A DNA stretch of 64,000 nucleotides, taken from positions 1,974,536 through 2,038,535 of the forward strand of contig OZ241981.1 in NCBI GenBank assembly GCA_965204345.1, given 5' to 3'. The position numbers and the translations under genes are program-made. The stretch is from Nitrosopumilus sp. (GTDB lineage: Archaea; Thermoproteota; Nitrososphaeria; Nitrososphaerales; Nitrosopumilaceae). Position 1 is the first letter of the stretch. The number at the start of each line of letters is the position of its first letter. The notes below the pieces were generated by a model. The model did no database searches, was not told the origin of the DNA, and saw only the letters and a list, made by a program, of their open reading frames with translations. Below, in pieces: positions 20,829-31,101 of the stretch.

Positions 20829-22127
20829 ATGGCAGATAAACCCCACTTGAACCTGATTGTTACAGGACATATTGATAATGGAAAATCAACTACTATGGGT
20901 CATTTTTTGATGGATCTTGGAGTTGTAGATGAGAGAACTATTGCAGCCCACGGTGCAGAATCCGAGAAAACCGGAAAAGGTGATACCTTCAAGTACGCCT
21001 GGGTCATGGATAACATTAAGGATGAAAGAGAGAGGGGCATTACTATAGATCTTGCCTTCCAAAAATTTGAATCTCCAAAGTACTTTTTTACTCTGATTGA
21101 CGCACCTGGTCACAGGGACTTTATTAAAAACATGATTACTGGTGCTTCTGAGGCAGATGCTGCCATTTTAGTACTTTCAGCCAAAGAAAGTGAAACTGAC
21201 ACTGCAATTGCAGCAGGCGGGCAAGCAAGAGAACACGCATTCTTGCTAAAGACGCTTGGTGTAAGCCAAATCATCATTGCAATCAACAAGATGGATGCAG
21301 TTGAATACAAGGAAGACGCATTTAATGCCGCCAAAGAAAAGGGTGAAAAACTAGCAAAATCTGTTGGTTACAAATTAGATAATGTTCCAATCATTCCAGT
21401 CTCTGGATGGAAGGGAGATAATCTTGTTAAAAGATCTGAGAACATGGATTGGTACAAGGGTAAGACACTGCTTGAAGCATTTGACGACTTTATAGTGGCA
21501 GAAAAGCCAGTTGGCAAGCCACTGCGTGTTCCGATCCAGGATGTCTACACCATCACCGGTGTTGGCACTGTACCTGTAGGCAGAGTTGAAACAGGAGTGA
21601 TGAAGGCAGGTGACAAAATTATTGTAATGCCCTCAGGTGCTCCTGGTGAAATAAAGTCCATTGAAACCCACCACACAGAGATGCCATCTGCAGAAGCAGG
21701 TGACAATATTGGTTTTAACTTGAGAGGTGTTGAAAAGAAAGATATCAAGAGAGGGGATGTTCTTGGTACTCCTGATGCTCCTCCAAATGTTGCAAAGGAA
21801 TTCAAAGCCCAAATTATTGTGATTCACCACCCAACAGCAATTGCTCCCGGTTATACACCGGTAATGCACGCACATACTACACAAGTTGCAGCAACTGTTA
21901 CTGAATTCCTACAAAAAATCAATCCGGCAACTGGTGCCGTTGAAGAAGAAAACCCAAAGTTCCTTAAAGTTGGAGATTCTGCAATTGTCAAAGTTAGGCC
22001 TGTAAGACCAACTTGTATTGAAACCTTCCAAGACTTCCCTGAGATGGGTAGATTTGCCCTCAGAGATATGGGTGCAACTATTGCAGCAGGCATTGTAAAG
22101 GAAATCACTGAAGAGTACAAACCATAG
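20829..22127 (+). CDS. tuf: Translation elongation factor EF-1alpha
   Basis: GHIDNGKST, RERGITID, DAPGHRDF, NKMD, GRFALRD. Confidence 0.99.
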   Translation: MADKPHLNLIVTGHIDNGKSTTMGHFLMDLGVVDERTIAAHGAESEKTGKGDTFKYAWVMDNIKDERERGITIDLAFQKFESPKYFFTLIDAPGHRDFIKNMITGASEADAAILVLSAKESETDTAIAAGGQAREHAFLLKTLGVSQIIIAINKMDAVEYKEDAFNAAKEKGEKLAKSVGYKLDNVPIIPVSGWKGDNLVKRSENMDWYKGKTLLEAFDDFIVAEKPVGKPLRVPIQDVYTITGVGTVPVGRVETGVMKAGDKIIVMPSGAPGEIKSIETHHTEMPSAEAGDNIGFNLRGVEKKDIKRGDVLGTPDAPPNVAKEFKAQIIVIHHPTAIAPGYTPVMHAHTTQVAATVTEFLQKINPATGAVEEENPKFLKVGDSAIVKVRPVRPTCIETFQDFPEMGRFALRDMGATIAAGIVKEITEEYKP

Positions 22128-22137
22128 GCGGATTTTT

Positions 22138-22446
22138 ATGACACAAACCGCCCGTGTTAAACTCACTTCTACCAGCCTCCCAAAACTAGATGGCGTATGC
22201 GGGGAGATCATGGGAATCGGTAAAAAAACTGGCGTTAAAGTCAAGGGTCCAACTCCGCTTCCTGTAAAAAGGCTGCATGTTGCTACTAGAAAATCCCCAT
22301 GCGGTAGCGGCACGGAAACCTATGAAAAATGGGAAATGAAAATGCATCGAAGAATTATCAATATTAACGCCGATGACAAAGCAATCAGACAACTAATGAG
22401 ACTGAAAATCCCTGACGATGTCTACGTTGAGCTCTCACTAACCTGA
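22138..22446 (+). CDS. rpsJ: 30S ribosomal protein S10 (uS10)
   Basis: GPTPLP, RKSPCG, HRRII; follows EF-1alpha. Confidence 0.98.
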   Translation: MTQTARVKLTSTSLPKLDGVCGEIMGIGKKTGVKVKGPTPLPVKRLHVATRKSPCGSGTETYEKWEMKMHRRIININADDKAIRQLMRLKIPDDVYVELSLT

Positions 22447-22474
22447 TCTGCTTAATCCTTAAATTATAGAAATT

Positions 22475-22684
22475 TTGATGATAAGTATGGTTGAAGACAC
22501 TTTTGATGAGGTAGAAGAAGAATCCCAAGTTGAGACTTTTGAAGTAAACTATTCCTGCCTGAGGTGTGGTACCCTTGTTTCAAATACTGAATTATCAAGA
22601 TTGCCTGAAATCAAATGCATTTGTGGATTCAGAGTTTTTACTAAAGCAAGGCCTCCTGTAGTAAAGACAGTAAAGGCAATTTAG
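22475..22684 (+). CDS. rpoP: RNA polymerase subunit P (Rpo12)
   Basis: YSCLRCG...IKCICGFRVFTKARP zinc ribbon; start may be a downstream ATG. Confidence 0.88.
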   Translation: MMISMVEDTFDEVEEESQVETFEVNYSCLRCGTLVSNTELSRLPEIKCICGFRVFTKARPPVVKTVKAI

Positions 22685-22918
22685 TTATCTGTCCTTTTTG
22701 TAACTGTGCACCCTTTGCAAATGGGTTCTCATATCCTCCATGTTTGAAAAATATTTGTCACATTCTTTGCAATCATACTGTAAATCTTTTCCATGAACAA
22801 TTTGCTTATGGTTCATCAATTCTTCCTCTCTTGAGAATTTTTTTTCACAGATTTCACATTTGATTCTTTTAAAAAATCCCAAACTTATCCAAACTCTGCC
22901 TTCTTTTCGTCCCAACAC
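22685..22918 (-). CDS. Double C2H2 zinc-finger protein
   Basis: CEIC...HKQIVH and CKEC...HLQRVH; true start is probably TTG at LGFFKR. Confidence 0.8.
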   Translation of the reverse strand: MLGRKEGRVWISLGFFKRIKCEICEKKFSREEELMNHKQIVHGKDLQYDCKECDKYFSNMEDMRTHLQRVHSYKKDR

Positions 22919-23295
22919 TTTCTACATAACTGTCCCTTTATCTTCCAATTTCCTTTCGGGTTGTATCTGATTAATCCCATTTTGCCATTACATATGGAAC
23001 AAAAATTTTTCCGTTTACTGTGCGATTCTTCCTTTTCATCAAAGCATTTTTTGCATAACAGTCCTTCCATGTCCCATTGCCATCTAGGTTCCCACAAATC
23101 CGTAATTTTTTGCGTGATCCCGCAGACAACACATGGCTGTCTGACTTTGCCTTCATAGTATTCCCTTGATTTTTCAAAATGACAGTCCCCGCAAAGAGAT
23201 CCCTTGATATTCCATTCTCTCTTTGGTTTGTGCCTGTGAGTCAGTTCTTTGTTACATACTGCACAAAACGACGGTTTTCTGCTAAATAATCCCAT
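22885..23295 (-). CDS. Cys-rich protein with three CxxC...LCxxC repeats
   Basis: CAVC/LCGDC, CVVC/LCKKC, CSIC/LCRKC. Confidence 0.8.
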   Translation of the reverse strand: MGLFSRKPSFCAVCNKELTHRHKPKREWNIKGSLCGDCHFEKSREYYEGKVRQPCVVCGITQKITDLWEPRWQWDMEGLLCKKCFDEKEESHSKRKNFCSICNGKMGLIRYNPKGNWKIKGQLCRKCWDEKKAEFG

Positions 23296-23365
23296 TTTCT
23301 TAGATCCTCAAAATACGACATATTCTATAAATGTAAACAAAATAAAAATAACAAAAAAAAAATGA

Positions 23366-23488
23366 TTATTTATCTAAGATTTTTTCAAGGGCCTGACTGG
23401 CATTTAGCATACCGTTTCTCTTGGCAAACTCTTCGATCATTTTGTATTGTTTTTCAGTAAAACATACCGGCATTGAACGACTTTCCAT
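23366..23488 (-). CDS. Small ribbon-helix-helix-like protein (40 aa)
   Basis: Manual translation MESRSMPVCFTEKQYKMIEEFAKRNGMLNASQALEKILDK; CopG/RHH-like pattern. Confidence 0.6.
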   Translation of the reverse strand: MESRSMPVCFTEKQYKMIEEFAKRNGMLNASQALEKILDK

Positions 23489-23565
23489 GAACAATGTTTG
23501 ATATTTTTACCTAATATCTTTTTCCCTTGGAAAGATATTTGAATTGTTTTTATTTTTCCTCTAGT

Positions 23566-24081
23566 ATGGGAAAGAAGCGACAAATTTTGGTCATTGGAAA
23601 CAATACTAATGGGTGTACTCCAAAACACGAACAAATTGCATATGATGTGGGTGTAGAGATTGCAAAATCCGACTCTGTTTTGGTCAACGGGGGATTAGGT
23701 GGCGTAATGCATGCTGCATCTCATGGCGCACATGATGCAAATGGCCTAACTGTTGGAATAATTCCTCAGGATGACTCTTCTGCAGCCAATGAATTTTGTG
23801 ACATTGTAGTTCCTACCGGCATGGGTCTTACTCGTGATTATCTCAATGCGTTAAGTGCTGATGGTGTTATCATCGTTGGCGGGGGGTCAGGCACTTTATC
23901 TGAAGCATGTGCATCATACATGTACAAAAAACCTATGGTTGCCGTCAGAAATCTTGGAAGTTCTGTGGATCCATACATAGATGGATTTATTGATCATCGA
24001 AAGAATGTCAAAATCGTTGGCGTTGATACTCCTCGGGAAGCAGTCAGGAAAATTTTAGAACTGATTGCTCAAAAGCGATAG
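23566..24081 (+). CDS. LOG/DprA-like Rossmann-fold nucleotide-binding protein
   Basis: GGLGGVM, TVGIIP, TGMGLTR, GGGSGTLSE; start placed at MGKKRQ. Confidence 0.85.
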   Translation: MGKKRQILVIGNNTNGCTPKHEQIAYDVGVEIAKSDSVLVNGGLGGVMHAASHGAHDANGLTVGIIPQDDSSAANEFCDIVVPTGMGLTRDYLNALSADGVIIVGGGSGTLSEACASYMYKKPMVAVRNLGSSVDPYIDGFIDHRKNVKIVGVDTPREAVRKILELIAQKR

Positions 24082-24444
24082 TTAATTATTTTTTTGTTCA
24101 TTTCTGTACAATTTGGCGTGACTGTCTCTATTGGATAGTTTTCTTGATTGACAATGTTTGCAATAATGAAGGTTACTATAATTCCACGTACAGACAAAAC
24201 AAATGACTTTTTTTCATTATCTGTTAAAACATGCAAAATTACGCCTTTATCGATACTAAATTTCCTAGATGATTTACTCATACTTGTATAGTTGGCCTAT
24301 GTTTATTGATTGGCAATGTCCTCATATGGCTATTCAAATAGTTCACAAAGGATTTTTTTTAACGGTTATGGTTTCCAACACAACCATTTAACGTATAATT
24401 AAACTCCGTAAAAGCCTGCTGGCATGTCATTTTTTGTCAAATTG

Positions 24445-25584
24445 TTACTGCATAGATACTAGCAGCGGGTCTGGTTTGTAAAATTCGCCATGTTCCTCAG
24501 CAAGTCTGTTTAGCTCATCTACAATTTCTTTAATTCCTATCTCTTTTGCTGTCTCAAACAATGGCTTTTTTAACCCCAGTCCTAACTGTGCGGCTTTTTC
24601 AATTTCCTGTATGTCACTTACGCCGTTTGTGACAAGCCATGCTGCATTGTTAAGTACATTTGCAACCATTTGAATTGGATTGCACTTTTCTGCCAATTCT
24701 TCTGAGAGTGCCACTCTTTCATATTTGTCATCTGAATATCTGTAATACCCTTCCCCTGACTTTTGTCCTAGCTTTTGCTCCTCAAACATCTTTTCTACTA
24801 GCTTGTGCGGATTGATTACCTTTTTGTCTCGCAAGTACATTTCTGTAGTGGCCTTGTGAATTACATCCATTCCTGTAAAGTCTGCCAGCTCAAATATTCC
24901 CATTGGAAATCCTAACTTGAATTTCACCGCAGAATCAATCTCTTCAAGTGTTGCACCAGTTCTGTCTTTTACAAAACATGCTTCATGTACCATTGGTATG
25001 AATAATCGATTTATTATGAATCCTGGCACATCTTTTCTACACAACACTGTCTGCTTGTTCAGTGATTTTACATATTCCTTGGTTATCTCTGTAATTTCCT
25101 GTGATGTTTTTTCACCTGGAATCACTTCTACTAGTTTCATTAGCTGTGGCGGATTGAAAAAATGAATTCCTATGAATTTTTCAGGGCGTGATGTTGTATT
25201 TGCTATTTCAGTAATTGGGAGTGTGCTTGTATTTGATGCAAAAATTACTTTTGATGCGGCGACTTGATCCAATTCTGCATAGACTTTTTTCTTTAAATCC
25301 ATTATTTCCGGAACAACCTCTATTACCATTTCTGCGTCTTTTACTGCCTCATTCAAGTCTACTATTGGGGAGATTCTAGAATAAACTGAATCACCTTCTT
25401 CTTTTGTGATCCTTTGTTTTGTGACCAGTTTATCCAAACTCCATTTTATCTTCTCCATTGCCCTGTCTAAGAATTCTTGCTTGATATCTCGTAAAACCAC
25501 ATTGTATCCTGCGGTTGCAGAAACCTGTGCAATGCCATGGCCCATGACTCCTGAGCCTAAAACTGTGATGTTTTTTATTGCCAT
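24445..25584 (-). CDS. 3-hydroxyacyl-CoA dehydrogenase, probably the (S)-3-hydroxybutyryl-CoA dehydrogenase of the HP/HB carbon-fixation cycle
   Basis: GSGVMGHGIA, SNTSTL, HFFNP, PGFIINR, PMGIFELAD. Pathway role is inferred from the organism. Confidence 0.9.
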   Translation of the reverse strand: MAIKNITVLGSGVMGHGIAQVSATAGYNVVLRDIKQEFLDRAMEKIKWSLDKLVTKQRITKEEGDSVYSRISPIVDLNEAVKDAEMVIEVVPEIMDLKKKVYAELDQVAASKVIFASNTSTLPITEIANTTSRPEKFIGIHFFNPPQLMKLVEVIPGEKTSQEITEITKEYVKSLNKQTVLCRKDVPGFIINRLFIPMVHEACFVKDRTGATLEEIDSAVKFKLGFPMGIFELADFTGMDVIHKATTEMYLRDKKVINPHKLVEKMFEEQKLGQKSGEGYYRYSDDKYERVALSEELAEKCNPIQMVANVLNNAAWLVTNGVSDIQEIEKAAQLGLGLKKPLFETAKEIGIKEIVDELNRLAEEHGEFYKPDPLLVSMQ

Positions 25585-25638
25585 GACTACTCGAAAATCG
25601 AGTATCCTTTATAATGTATTTCAAAATTTTATAAGGTA

Positions 25639-25806
25639 ATGGGCCTGTTTAATCGAAAAAAGGAGGATCAAATCAAAACCAAGTGTGATACATGCGGTAC
25701 AGAGTTGCATGATCCTGAGCGCTTGAAAAGACATATGAAAAAAGCACATGGCAACATACCTGCAAAAAAATTGGATCCAAATGCAGGTGATGGCGGAACT
25801 TGGTAA
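25639..25806 (+). CDS. Small C2H2 zinc-finger protein (55 aa)
   Basis: Manual translation MGLFNRKKEDQIKTKCDTCGTELHDPERLKRHMKKAH...GGTW; stop overlaps the next start (TAATG). Confidence 0.75.
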   Translation: MGLFNRKKEDQIKTKCDTCGTELHDPERLKRHMKKAHGNIPAKKLDPNAGDGGTW

Positions 25807-26084
25807 TGGAAATCAGTTCTAGTCAAAAAACCGCCTTGATATTTGTGGGTGCTTTTCTTACTGCTGGCATTGTTTTGTCCGTCCTGGTTTTCCCCTTTTG
25901 GAATCTTATTCGTGAGGATGTATATGAGGAAGTGGTTATTTTGACAAATGATAACGGTGTATGTTATGTTGAAACATCTGATAATATTCCAAAAACCATC
26001 GAAGACTGCCCACTAAATCCTGGCGATAAAACCACCGTAAAATTTGGAGATGGACTTGCATGGGCAACTATTGTCAACCCCTAA
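25806..26084 (+). CDS. Single-TM hypothetical protein
   Basis: N-terminal TM and small domain with two Cys; coupled start at 25806. Confidence 0.7.
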   Translation: MEISSSQKTALIFVGAFLTAGIVLSVLVFPFWNLIREDVYEEVVILTNDNGVCYVETSDNIPKTIEDCPLNPGDKTTVKFGDGLAWATIVNP

Positions 26085-26121
26085 TCGATGATTTAATATC
26101 CTAAAATTTTAATGGTTAACT

Positions 26122-26529
26122 ATGAACTGTATTTTTTGCAAAATTGTCTCCGGTGATATACCTTCTAAATTTCTTAAGGAAACTCCCTACTCTGTATCTT
26201 TTTTAGACGCATTCCCTCTTGCAAAAGGCCACGTACTTGTTATTCCAAAAAAACATCATGAAAAACTTCAAGATATGAGTCCTGATGAAAATACTGATTT
26301 GTTTTCTCTTACCCGTGAGATGATTTCCAAAGTTGATTCTCTTACTGGTTCAACCTTGCTTGCAATTCATAATGGAAGGGAATCGGGTCAGGAGATACCT
26401 CACGTTCATGTGCACCTGGTGCCTAGAAGTAAGGATGATTCTGCCGGTGCAATTCACAGCATGTTTGACTCTACTTTGAGATTGTCTGATTCTGAAATGA
26501 ACAAACTTTATGAGCAGCTTAAAAGCTAG
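26122..26529 (+). CDS. HIT family hydrolase
   Basis: [19 protein letters not shown] histidine triad. Confidence 0.95.
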   Translation: MNCIFCKIVSGDIPSKFLKETPYSVSFLDAFPLAKGHVLVIPKKHHEKLQDMSPDENTDLFSLTREMISKVDSLTGSTLLAIHNGRESGQEIPHVHVHLVPRSKDDSAGAIHSMFDSTLRLSDSEMNKLYEQLKS

Positions 26530-27242
26530 TATGGGAATAGTTTTTCCTTTGTGATTAAATTTTCTACTTTAATTGCTTTTGTTGGACATGTTTTGGCGGC
26601 GTTCATGATTTTATTGACTCCTGCTCCTTTTTGATTAATTACTGATGATTTTGGATTTGATTGTTTGATCTTGTCTATCTCAAATACTTCTGGTGCAATA
26701 ATTTCACAACTGCAACATCCGATGCATAAACTCTTGTCTACATCGACAAACAGGTCTGGCTGTTTCTTTGGTTCCTGTGCTTTTTCATATTCTCCATTTC
26801 TGCCATCTGCACGCACACGTGCGTTATAGTCCTCCCAAAATTTACGCTCATATTCTTTCCAAAATTCAGGATCCCCTTCTTCAAATTCTCTTGTATATTT
26901 GCCCCAGTCTTGTTCTGGAATATTTCCCTCATCTGGAGCTCCCCACTGTGGTTTTCTTTTGAAACCTGATTTTGTTTTGTCTTGATGTGTCCCTTGGTTA
27001 GGTGAGCTGTCTTTTTGGGCTTGGTTTTTTTTCAGATGGTTGTATGCCTCTGTAATTTTTTTAAATTCTGCACCGTCCTCCTTTGTGTCTTGATTTTTAT
27101 CTGGATGCAATTCCAATGCTAATTTCCTATAAGCTGATTTGATCTCTTCTTGTGATGCATTCGATTCTACTCTTAGTATTCTTTGTGCCTGATACGTGTT
27201 CACTGTTGATGGTAACTTGTTATACGTTAAAAATAATTGCAT
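26526..27242 (-). CDS. DnaJ-ferredoxin fusion protein
   Basis: J-domain HPD motif; C-terminal CIGCCSC...CP ferredoxin motif. True start is probably GTG near 27203. Confidence 0.9.
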   Translation of the reverse strand: MQLFLTYNKLPSTVNTYQAQRILRVESNASQEEIKSAYRKLALELHPDKNQDTKEDGAEFKKITEAYNHLKKNQAQKDSSPNQGTHQDKTKSGFKRKPQWGAPDEGNIPEQDWGKYTREFEEGDPEFWKEYERKFWEDYNARVRADGRNGEYEKAQEPKKQPDLFVDVDKSLCIGCCSCEIIAPEVFEIDKIKQSNPKSSVINQKGAGVNKIMNAAKTCPTKAIKVENLITKEKLFPY

Positions 27243-27263
27243 GTGGATTTTGATCTGATTTAT

Positions 27264-27626
27264 CTATTCTAACGCTATTTCCTCGCTTAATTTCCATGCT
27301 GGCTCTACAATGCATAAAAACCTCAAATTTTGGGTTCCTGTATTTCTGATAAATTGCTTTGATTCTGGGGGAACATATGCAGAATCATCCTTTTCTAAAT
27401 TGTATATCTTTCCTTCTACGTTTAATTCTCCTCTTCTCTCTAAGACATAATAAATCTCAGATGACTTTAATTTGTGTAATTTTGATTTTTTATCTATCTC
27501 TAGTGTGAATTCCGCCAAACTGTACTTGATTCCATTTGATGTGTTATGTGGGTGAAAATACTGCTTTACTTTGGTCCCTTCGTTGCCTTGAATTGAATTT
27601 ATTTGAGAATTTCTACGTAATGACAT
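27264..27626 (-). CDS. Cupin-domain protein
   Basis: HKLKSSEIYYVL, YVPP...IRN cupin motifs. Confidence 0.8.
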   Translation of the reverse strand: MSLRRNSQINSIQGNEGTKVKQYFHPHNTSNGIKYSLAEFTLEIDKKSKLHKLKSSEIYYVLERRGELNVEGKIYNLEKDDSAYVPPESKQFIRNTGTQNLRFLCIVEPAWKLSEEIALE

Positions 27627-27630
27627 TTTA

Positions 27631-28086
27631 TTAAATTATTTTTGAAACTTTGGATTTAAAATCTGACTCGTACCATGTTGTTTTATACGCTGATCTTTTT
27701 TGTGGCAAGATGTTAATTGCAATGTGTGAAAATTCTTTTTTCTTGTCTATTGATCCATGAGTGTGGAGTGTCTTTGTTGGAATGTGTACAATATCCCCCT
27801 CATTGAGACTAACTTTTTGTATTCTTTTAATCTTAAAATTATTTTTACCAGTACCATATTTTTTAAAAATTTCCAAACTCCCTTTTCCTTTTACTCCAAT
27901 TAACACCTGGTTCCCATTGTGACTGTGTAGCTTTGTTCTTGATCCTTTCTCAAAATGAACATGGTAAATGTCTTGATCTTTTGATTTGATTTTTTCTGAA
28001 AGTATCTTCATCCATGTCTTATTTGTAAACCAGTTTGGATTCAGCTTTCGTCTGTCTCCGGTTCCTGAGATGTTTGTTTTTTTCAA
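27631..28086 (-). CDS. Cupin-domain protein
   Basis: HSH...QVL, GDIVHIP...HTHG, HIAI. Confidence 0.85.
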   Translation of the reverse strand: MKKTNISGTGDRRKLNPNWFTNKTWMKILSEKIKSKDQDIYHVHFEKGSRTKLHSHNGNQVLIGVKGKGSLEIFKKYGTGKNNFKIKRIQKVSLNEGDIVHIPTKTLHTHGSIDKKKEFSHIAINILPQKRSAYKTTWYESDFKSKVSKII

Positions 28087-28087
28087 A

Positions 28088-28450
28088 TTATATCCTACCC
28101 AAAATCTTCTTCTTTTTTGCCTGGAATTCCCTATCCGTAATTATCCCTGACTTTTTTAGTTTCCCAAGTTTTTCTAGTATTTCTAAATCCTCCTGTGTGT
28201 TTGATGATACTTTCTTTGCAGCTGCTATGCCTTTGTTTAATTTTTTTATTCCTTTTTCTTGCAATATTCTTTTTTCTTTTTCAGCCTGTTTACGAATATC
28301 TTTACTTGTTTTTAGTGCTTGTTTTGCAGTCATTGCTCCAAAATCCACTGCATCTTCTAGTACTGCATCAGCTTTCTTCACGCCTTCTTGCAATGCCTTG
28401 TCTGCTTTTTTGAGAAATTTGTCTATGTACCCTCTTTTTTTGTCTTCCAT
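28088..28450 (-). CDS. Helical protein with C-terminal SHOCT domain
   Basis: LEKLGKLKKSGIITDREFQAKKKKIL. Confidence 0.8.
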   Translation of the reverse strand: MEDKKRGYIDKFLKKADKALQEGVKKADAVLEDAVDFGAMTAKQALKTSKDIRKQAEKEKRILQEKGIKKLNKGIAAAKKVSSNTQEDLEILEKLGKLKKSGIITDREFQAKKKKILGRI

Positions 28451-28531
28451 ACTAGTACAGTATTTTCAAATCTATTATTTCTTTCTTATGTAAATTGATT
28501 TAATAGATGGGTCGCTGTATTTTATATAGTC

Positions 28532-29239
28532 TTGGCAATCCCCCCTCATGGTGTAAAAATTGTTGTTTTGAGAAAAAATATCCAAGAAAATGATGCTATG
28601 GATATTGTTGAGCAAAAGAAAACAGCTCCTTTCAAGTCCCTATTATCTCGTCCAAAAAAAGAGAATGTTCACATTCATTCTCTGAAGTTATATTATGAGT
28701 GTACATTGATGGTATCAGGAAAATATATTGCAGATTATTTTAGAAAGTCAACTCATACCATCTCTGTTGATTCTAATGTGCATGAAGTTGCCCTCGGCGA
28801 TGGCTTGTTTCCCATTCGTTCTAAATCTGGAATTACCAAAGCATTTGCAGGTAAACGTGGTAAAAATAAAATTGATTTAGACTTGGAAGAACATGTTTTT
28901 GTTGAAGAAGAAGAAGAATTAGCCTTTGATCACCATGGAAGAAATACCAAATTCACACTTAAAACAAATTCCAAGACAGTTGAAAACTATCCTAAAAAAT
29001 TACTAGAAAAAAATATTTCAAATGTTAAAAAATCTGAAATGACTCATGATGAGGCCATTGACAGGCTGCAATCTCACTTGAAAAAACCTCTTGAGACTGA
29101 TGTTCGTCAACTGCATGAAGAATTTATTTTACATGCAATCACAGAGACATACATTCCAATTTTTGAGGCAAGGCTGATTGGTCCTAAAAAGAAAGTTGGG
29201 ATTATTCGAATTGATGCTGTAAGAAAAAAGATTCTGTGA
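28532..29239 (+). CDS. Hypothetical protein
   Basis: 235-aa ORF with TTG start and TATA-like TTTATATA nearby upstream. Confidence 0.7.
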   Translation: MAIPPHGVKIVVLRKNIQENDAMDIVEQKKTAPFKSLLSRPKKENVHIHSLKLYYECTLMVSGKYIADYFRKSTHTISVDSNVHEVALGDGLFPIRSKSGITKAFAGKRGKNKIDLDLEEHVFVEEEEELAFDHHGRNTKFTLKTNSKTVENYPKKLLEKNISNVKKSEMTHDEAIDRLQSHLKKPLETDVRQLHEEFILHAITETYIPIFEARLIGPKKKVGIIRIDAVRKKIL

Positions 29240-29768
29240 TTTTCTTGTATTGTGCCTAAAATTATGTCCTTCAAAAATTAGACTATTTTTTTTGGTTTTA
29301 GTGGAGAATCTTGCCCTTTAATGGTATTGAATCAAAAATTTTGGAAGTGATTGGATGATTCCAATTATGAACATTGGCGAATTCTTGATGGTTTGTATTT
29401 TTGCATTCATTGTGGATCTGATTTATAAGATATACTTTTGAAAAGTATCATACTATGTCCTCTTTAAATGATTTTTAAAGTGATTTGAATCACTACAAAT
29501 CATAGCAAATAAAAAACAAAAAACAATTGTCAAACTATTTTGTTCTGATTGGCTTGTTTTTGGGCAGTATTGGCGTGATATCAGTTCACTCTGTCATAAC
29601 ACAATCAAACGAAGATGTATCCTGATCTTTATAAAAATCTATGAAGATCTTGAGGAACAACTGATGCAATTCTACTCTCTTTTGAATTTAATGAGACGTG
29701 ACTCTGATGACTTATGTAGATGATGAATAATCACTACTTTTTTTATTTATTTTATTTTTAATCAGTTT

Positions 29769-30590
29769 TTAGATTTTTATCAGTTTTCTGAATTCATCAC
29801 TTGAGAGTAGTTTTGCAAACATTGGTTCTGCCTGTGCCCATTTTCTGATCATTTTAGGATTTTTTGATATTGATTGTTTTAACAATTTCAGTGCTTCTGG
29901 ATGCCTTCCTAATGCCGCACTACTTCTTGATTTGGCGTAAATGACATTTACATTGTCCTTATGTTTTGATAATATTTGATCAAAAATCCCAATTGCCTTT
30001 TCATGTTTTTCTAGTTCTGCCAATTCAATTCCTTTATGAAACCATGCATCCATGTGACCGGGATGATCTTTGTGTACTTTATCAAAACAATTTAATGATT
30101 CTTCATGTTTTTTTAATTTACCTAGAATAATTCCTTTGTAAAACAACGCATTTGGTTTTCTTGGTTCAATTGTAATTGCTTTTTCTAAAACTTTTATCGC
30201 TTCTTTGTGTTCTTGTAGTTTATCCAGTAACACACCCTTGTTAAAATATGATGCAGCATTTTTTGGATCTGCCTCAATTGCTTTATCATAACATTCTGCA
30301 GCAGCTTGAATATTGCCATTTTCTGCCATTGCAATTCCTTTATTATTCCATGCTTGAGAATCTTTTGGCTTTACCTCTAATAATATGTCAAAACAAGTGA
30401 TTGCATCACTGTATTTTTTTATCTGATTTAATGCCAAACCTTTGTTGAATAACGCTCCTGTGTTCTTTGCATCTTGTTTTAGAACCTTGTTAAATGATGA
30501 TATTGCTCCCTTTGGTTGGTTTTTTTCCATTAGTGACATTGCTTCATATATTAAATCATCTGGATTTTTTTTGGAACTAAATAATCCCAT
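29769..30590 (-). CDS. Tetratricopeptide-repeat protein
   Basis: Tandem 34-aa repeats (ALFNKG, AWNNKG, SYFNKG, ALFYKG, AWFHKG). Confidence 0.93.
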   Translation of the reverse strand: MGLFSSKKNPDDLIYEAMSLMEKNQPKGAISSFNKVLKQDAKNTGALFNKGLALNQIKKYSDAITCFDILLEVKPKDSQAWNNKGIAMAENGNIQAAAECYDKAIEADPKNAASYFNKGVLLDKLQEHKEAIKVLEKAITIEPRKPNALFYKGIILGKLKKHEESLNCFDKVHKDHPGHMDAWFHKGIELAELEKHEKAIGIFDQILSKHKDNVNVIYAKSRSSAALGRHPEALKLLKQSISKNPKMIRKWAQAEPMFAKLLSSDEFRKLIKI

Positions 30591-30867
30591 AATTTCTTAA
30601 TAATGGTATTGCTAATGAAAGTTTGGTTTAGTTTAATGATTTGAATTTTTTTATTGATTTTTTTGCCATATTTTCTTGTTGATCTACTGATGTATTTGTG
30701 GAATCTACTGTTACATATGCCTCTTTTTCATCTTTTTTCTTTTCCATATGTTGCATGGTTGTTATTTTATAAAAATTTGAATTTTTTTAAAAAATACGAT
30801 TAATTTGATTTAGGCATATTTTTACACATATCTGATTCTGAATCGATCTATTTTGTAGATAAAGTGC

Positions 30868-31086
30868 ATGTTCATAGATGGCATCAGGATTCTTTTATTT
30901 GAGAGTGTATTGATTTCATTATTAATTTTTGTCTGTTCGGAATTTATTTTATTATGTTATTTTGAAACCGTGTGGCAGGTTGTTGGATTGTTAATGGCAC
31001 TGTTCATATCATCATCAATCTTGCAGGCAATATTTTTGCTCATCGTATATGTTATGATTTATAAAAAAACAAAAAAAGAGATCTGA
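30868..31086 (+). CDS. Small two-TM membrane protein; its 3' part is the left boundary of the repeat array
   Basis: 72-aa hydrophobic ORF; sequence from 31004 onward recurs in every repeat unit. Confidence 0.6.
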   Translation: MFIDGIRILLFESVLISLLIFVCSEFILLCYFETVWQVVGLLMALFISSSILQAIFLLIVYVMIYKKTKKEI

Positions 31087-31101
31087 TAGGGTGAGAGATA
31101 G

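Noticed and set aside
24069-24281. 70-aa minus-strand ORF
   Set aside because: Overlaps the LOG-family gene end and has no recognisable motif.
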